A stretch of DNA of 60,673 nucleotides, taken from contig JBDHKN010000015.1 of assembly GCA_039586365.1 (NCBI GenBank), positions 1 to 60,673 on the forward strand. Reading direction: 5' to 3'. A program made the translations under genes and the position numbers. Source of the DNA: Gemmatimonadota bacterium (GTDB taxonomy: Bacteria; Gemmatimonadota; Gemmatimonadetes; Gemmatimonadales; GWC2-71-9). Below are positions 57,207-60,673 of the stretch, in pieces. The number at the start of each line of letters is the position of its first letter. Within the stretch, counting starts at the first letter, position 1. Under the pieces are notes generated by a model, which searched no databases, was not told the DNA's origin, and saw nothing but the letters and a program-made list of their open reading frames with translations.

Positions 57207-57451
57207 CCGCCCCGTCCCTCATACGCCATAGACCGGATGTCACTCCAGTCGTCCCAGCTCAACCCCGCTTGCAGTCCGTTGCCCTTGAACGTATGCGTGT
57301 CCAGTCGGAACCTCCGTCGCCTGCGCTCTTGTTTCGCCAGCGCGTCTCGCAGCGCGGCCTCGACAATGGCTCGGATGGTGGTGTTGCGCTCCGCCGCCAA
57401 CTGCCTCACCTGCTTCAGCAAAGGTTCAGCAATATCTATGGTTGTTTTCAT
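57203..57451 (-). CDS. vapB: VapB-type (ribbon-helix-helix) antitoxin
   Basis: MKTTIDIAEPLL...T.RAIVEAALR; directly upstream of vapC. Confidence 0.88.
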   Translation of the reverse strand: MKTTIDIAEPLLKQVRQLAAERNTTIRAIVEAALRDALAKQERRRRRFRLDTHTFKGNGLQAGLSWDDWSDIRSMAYEGRGG

Positions 57452-57490
57452 ATTGCTGAGCAATATATATTAGTATTGCTAGGCTTGCAA
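57450..57490 (-). promoter_or_regulatory. vapBC sigma70 promoter with palindromic operator
   Basis: Minus strand TTGCAA-N17-TATATT (57490-57462); palindrome ATATTGCT-G-AGCAATAT at 57450-57466. Confidence 0.7.
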
Positions 57491-57591
57491 CTGCATAGAT
57501 CTGCTCCCGCGCGGGCAATGAAGGGGACCTCCCGCCGCATAGCAGACCCTCATCAGACGCGCAATGGCCTCGCACCCAATGCTGCCGACCG

Positions 57592-59253
57592 TCACCGCCG
57601 CGAGAATGCCACCTTGCGCACCCGGCCGTTGCTCCAGGTGAAGCCGGTCACTCGGCCCCGGCGGTCACGTACGAACGTGAGCCAGTCACCTCCGGACCGG
57701 AACCCATCACGAAACGCCGGACGAAACCGGTCGGTGTCCTGTGTGCGGTGAAACAGCGCAATGCCTCCCGCGTTTGCAGTGTCCGCCTCCACTCGGTACT
57801 CGGTGCCGAGTTCGTCACTCCAGTACAGGCCGGCGTAGTCGGTGGCGTCTACACCGCTGACCGCGGGCCCGACAAACACGTACCGGCGCGTGGGTGATTG
57901 AATGGCCTCAGGCTGTCCGTTCTGCAGCTCGACCGTGACGGTCTCCTCGCCGGGCCAGAGCGAGTAGCGGTCGTTTCCTTCAGGGATCAGCAGCAATCCG
58001 CTGCTGTCGCGCCCGAAGCCCTGGGTCACACGTGCCTTGCCCTCGTGCGTCCAGACGTGGAGCGGTGTATCCGTGAGCGGGTCGCGATAGAACCCGCTCA
58101 TTGCTTCAAAGGTCGGCCCCCAACGTGCGGTGTCGATTTCGGGTGGGGCTTCGTCTTCCGGGTTAGGCTCGAGCGCGTCCTCCAGGAGAATATCGGCTAC
58201 CTGCCGCACATACGCGCCGGGGTTGGCGCGGGCGAAATTGCAGAAGCTCACGATCCCCACATCCTGAGTGGGGAACCGTAGGTAGTTGGTGCGGTAGCCG
58301 GCGTCTCCGCCGCTATGGCCGATGGCCGTCAGCCCGCGATAGTCGGAGACCGTGATGCCGTGCGCGTAGGTGAGCGTGTCGCCGTCATTGAGAATGCCGC
58401 GGTCCAGGAACCGCTCGTACAAAGCATCGTCCCCCAGCACGTGATCGCGCAGGTTGCGATCCCACTTGGCCATGTCCTCGACGGTGGTGAACAGGCTGCT
58501 GGCGCCGACGATGGCGAAGTCGGGGATCGAGATCTTCCACCCCTCGTCGTCGTAGTGGCGGTAGCCGTAGGCGCGGTCGGGCACGATCGTCTCATGGTCA
58601 TCGTGGAAATGCGTGCTCGTCATGCCGAGTGGTACGAAGATCCGCTCCTCAGTGAACTCCCGCAGCGTCTTGCCGCTCACCCGCTCGACCACGACCGCTA
58701 GCAGCGTGAACCCGGAGTTACTGTAGAGGTACTCGGCGCCCGGCTCGAAGTTGAGCGCTGTCTGGCGCGACAGGACATCGAGTACGTTCGCCTGCGTCAC
58801 GAGATCCGCCTCCCAGCGCCAGCCGGCCATGAACAGCAGATTCCACTGATCGCGGATTCCGCTCATGTGATGTACCAGATGACGCAGCGTGATCGGCTGC
58901 CCGTACTCCGGAATCTCCGGTACGTAGCTGCGGATGTCGTCGTCCCACGAAACCTTGCCTTCGGACACGAGCAGCTCGACGGCGAACGCCGTGAACTGTT
59001 TGGAGATCGACGCGATATGGAACACCGACCGCGGCTGCAGAGCGATCCCGTACTCCAGGTTAGCCATGCCGTACCCGTTCGCGTATGCAACCTCCCCGCC
59101 CGAGAAAACGCCGAGTGTGCAACCCGGGCGATCGCTGCGGTTCATATCGAGAAAGACGCTGTCAATACGTGCACTGGGCAGGTCGTGCTGGGCAGCCGCT
59201 ACTGTCACGGCGGCAATCGATAGCAAGAGCGAGAGAAGAGCGAGTCGAATCAT
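57592..59253 (-). CDS. Serine hydrolase, beta-lactamase/D-aminopeptidase family, secreted
   Basis: Signal peptide; FHIASISKQF (SxxK), YLYSNSG (YxN), HSGG. Start reassigned to 59253. Confidence 0.92.
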   Translation of the reverse strand: MIRLALLSLLLSIAAVTVAAAQHDLPSARIDSVFLDMNRSDRPGCTLGVFSGGEVAYANGYGMANLEYGIALQPRSVFHIASISKQFTAFAVELLVSEGKVSWDDDIRSYVPEIPEYGQPITLRHLVHHMSGIRDQWNLLFMAGWRWEADLVTQANVLDVLSRQTALNFEPGAEYLYSNSGFTLLAVVVERVSGKTLREFTEERIFVPLGMTSTHFHDDHETIVPDRAYGYRHYDDEGWKISIPDFAIVGASSLFTTVEDMAKWDRNLRDHVLGDDALYERFLDRGILNDGDTLTYAHGITVSDYRGLTAIGHSGGDAGYRTNYLRFPTQDVGIVSFCNFARANPGAYVRQVADILLEDALEPNPEDEAPPEIDTARWGPTFEAMSGFYRDPLTDTPLHVWTHEGKARVTQGFGRDSSGLLLIPEGNDRYSLWPGEETVTVELQNGQPEAIQSPTRRYVFVGPAVSGVDATDYAGLYWSDELGTEYRVEADTANAGGIALFHRTQDTDRFRPAFRDGFRSGGDWLTFVRDRRGRVTGFTWSNGRVRKVAFSRR

Positions 59254-59474
59254 CGGGCGGTTGCTCCGGTAGCGAGTCAGGTGTGGTACGCGCAAGTATA
59301 CGCCGGGCGGAGAGGGTGTCCAGCGGGGCGTTCCGGCAGCTGGACCGCGCCAATACCAAGGGACATACTTGGCAAAGGGGAAGGGGAACTCCGTCTATCC
59401 ATGCGACATTGCACAGTAGCGACCCAACTCCGAAGGCTACCAACAGTGACCGGCGCCAATCTGGGGTGACTACA

Positions 59475-60269
59475 ATGACAACCATAGTCGATCTCACGGA
59501 ACAGCACGCTCCGCTGTACCACGTGTGTCTTGAGGATTGGTCTTCCGAGATGCAGGAGGCGGGAGATCACAAGCGGATCTGGTACAACCAGATGCAGGAC
59601 AAAGGCCTGCGTGTGAAACTGGGGTTGGACGAACGCGGCCAAGTTGGGGGAATGATCCAGTACCTCCCCATCGAGCATTCGTTCGTGGAGGGGCGTGACC
59701 TGTACTTCATCTTGTGCATCTGGGTCCACGGCTACAAGCAGGGGCGTGGCAACTTTCAGGGTCGTGGGATGGGGACCGCGCTCGTCGAGGCTGCCGAGAG
59801 AGACGCGCGAGAGAGGGGTGCGCAAGGAATCGCCGCGTGGGGAATATCACTGCCTTTCTGGATGAAGGCCTCATGGTTCCGCAAGAGGGATTTCAAGAAG
59901 GTGGACAAGAACGGAATGCAGGTTCTCCTCTGGAAGGCTTTCACGGACGACGCAGTGCCACCCAAGCTTGTGAGAGAGAAGAAGAGACCGGAGACGACTG
60001 CGGGGAAGGTCACGGTTACTTCGTTTCGCAACGGCTGGTGCCCCGCGCAGAACATCGTGTACGAGCGCGCCAGGCGCGCGGCACTCGCTGCCGGAGACCC
60101 AGTCGTGTTCCGAGAAATCGACACGAGCGACCGGACCATATTCCTGGAATGGGGCATCGCTGACGCGCTGTTCATTGACGACAAGCAGGTGCGGACGGGT
60201 CCGCCACCGTCGTACGAGAAGATCCGCAAGGCGATAGACAAGCGCGCGAGGAAACTGCGGCGTCACTGA
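59475..60269 (+). CDS. GNAT N-acetyltransferase (YoaP-like) with C-terminal thioredoxin-like domain
   Basis: GMIQYLP, CIWV, QGRGMGTALV, GWCP. Start reassigned to ATG 59475. Confidence 0.85.
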   Translation: MTTIVDLTEQHAPLYHVCLEDWSSEMQEAGDHKRIWYNQMQDKGLRVKLGLDERGQVGGMIQYLPIEHSFVEGRDLYFILCIWVHGYKQGRGNFQGRGMGTALVEAAERDARERGAQGIAAWGISLPFWMKASWFRKRDFKKVDKNGMQVLLWKAFTDDAVPPKLVREKKRPETTAGKVTVTSFRNGWCPAQNIVYERARRAALAAGDPVVFREIDTSDRTIFLEWGIADALFIDDKQVRTGPPPSYEKIRKAIDKRARKLRRH

Positions 60270-60630
60270 CCAGGCAAACCGCGATGGGTATCGCCACCAC
60301 CGGTGCGTCCTCGACCGGGAGTACCAGCGCAGTAGCACGCGCGAGATAGGGACGCGCGGGCGATGGGATCTCGAGAGGCACGCATGACCTGATGCCTGTG
60401 CTTGTGAGATCCATTTGCGAGCGTCTCGCCCCCTACTCACGATCCGATGATTGCGACTCTCGACATGAGTACTCCGCGGCTCGAAGTGAGCCTTGACTCC
60501 AGCAGGAGGCACCGGCGGCTTTCCAGGCGTATCTTGTATGGCGTTCCAGCCGCGAGGCGCGTTGGTGGCTATGTCAGTGAGACCCATACTCCATCCCCAT
60601 TCCGATCAGCGGGCCGACCGTGCCGGCCAG

Positions 60631-60673
60631 TCAGGCCGGCACGATACGCTCCCAACCGACCTGCTCCAGCAGT
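60631..60673 (-). CDS. Possible 3' end of a gene entering from beyond the window
   Basis: Minus frame LLEQVGWERIVPA*; stop sits in the loop of a 10-bp hairpin (60619-60643). Confidence 0.3.
   Translation of the reverse strand, partial: LLEQVGWERIVPA

Noticed and set aside
49500..57500. Integron cassette array as explanation for the many small genes
   Set aside because: Mixed orientations, no repeated attC-like RYYYAAC...GTTRRRY units recognised, no integrase in the window.
1..60673. tRNA, rRNA, CRISPR arrays, IS elements, prophage genes
   Set aside because: No cloverleaf/T-loop context, regularly spaced repeats, terminal inverted repeats with transposase, or phage hallmark proteins seen by eye; a tRNAscan/Infernal run would be the definitive check.

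Overview
GC-rich bacterial chromosomal segment of about 50 genes. The gene content (sortilin/BNR-type secreted hydrolases, S9/M14/M28 peptidases, a plug-only lipoprotein, a BTAD-kinase fusion) suggests Gemmatimonadota; this is inference, not a database result. All family calls come from motif recognition by eye. I found no rRNA, tRNA, CRISPR array, integrase or transposase. Layout: (1) 1-7.2 kb, probable glycolate/glyoxylate/hydroxy-acid module; (2) 7-24 kb, transporter, Tat-exported split-Soret-type cytochrome, peptidases, an uncharacterised Fe-S gene pair, an atypical transketolase and an aminotransferase; (3) 24.1-32.8 kb, seven-gene exported redox cluster (2x DUF6599-like lipoprotein, 2x Tat DUF362, NapH-NapG-like polyferredoxin with an internal twin-arginine motif, 2x Tat aldo/keto reductase with 4Fe-4S domains), the best candidate for an undescribed system; (4) 33-39.8 kb, FHA-lytic transglycosylase fusion and a carrier protein/adenylation/dehydrogenase/methyltransferase/GNAT cluster, with two sigma54-type promoter motifs; (5) 40-49.5 kb, secreted enzymes including a degenerate-MBL/D-2-hydroxyacid dehydrogenase fusion; (6) 49.6-57.5 kb, plastic region with two toxin-antitoxin-like pairs, several internally deleted or interrupted genes, and three 11-bp-phased heptamer repeats next to a SARP/BTAD regulator; (7) a serine hydrolase and a GNAT.
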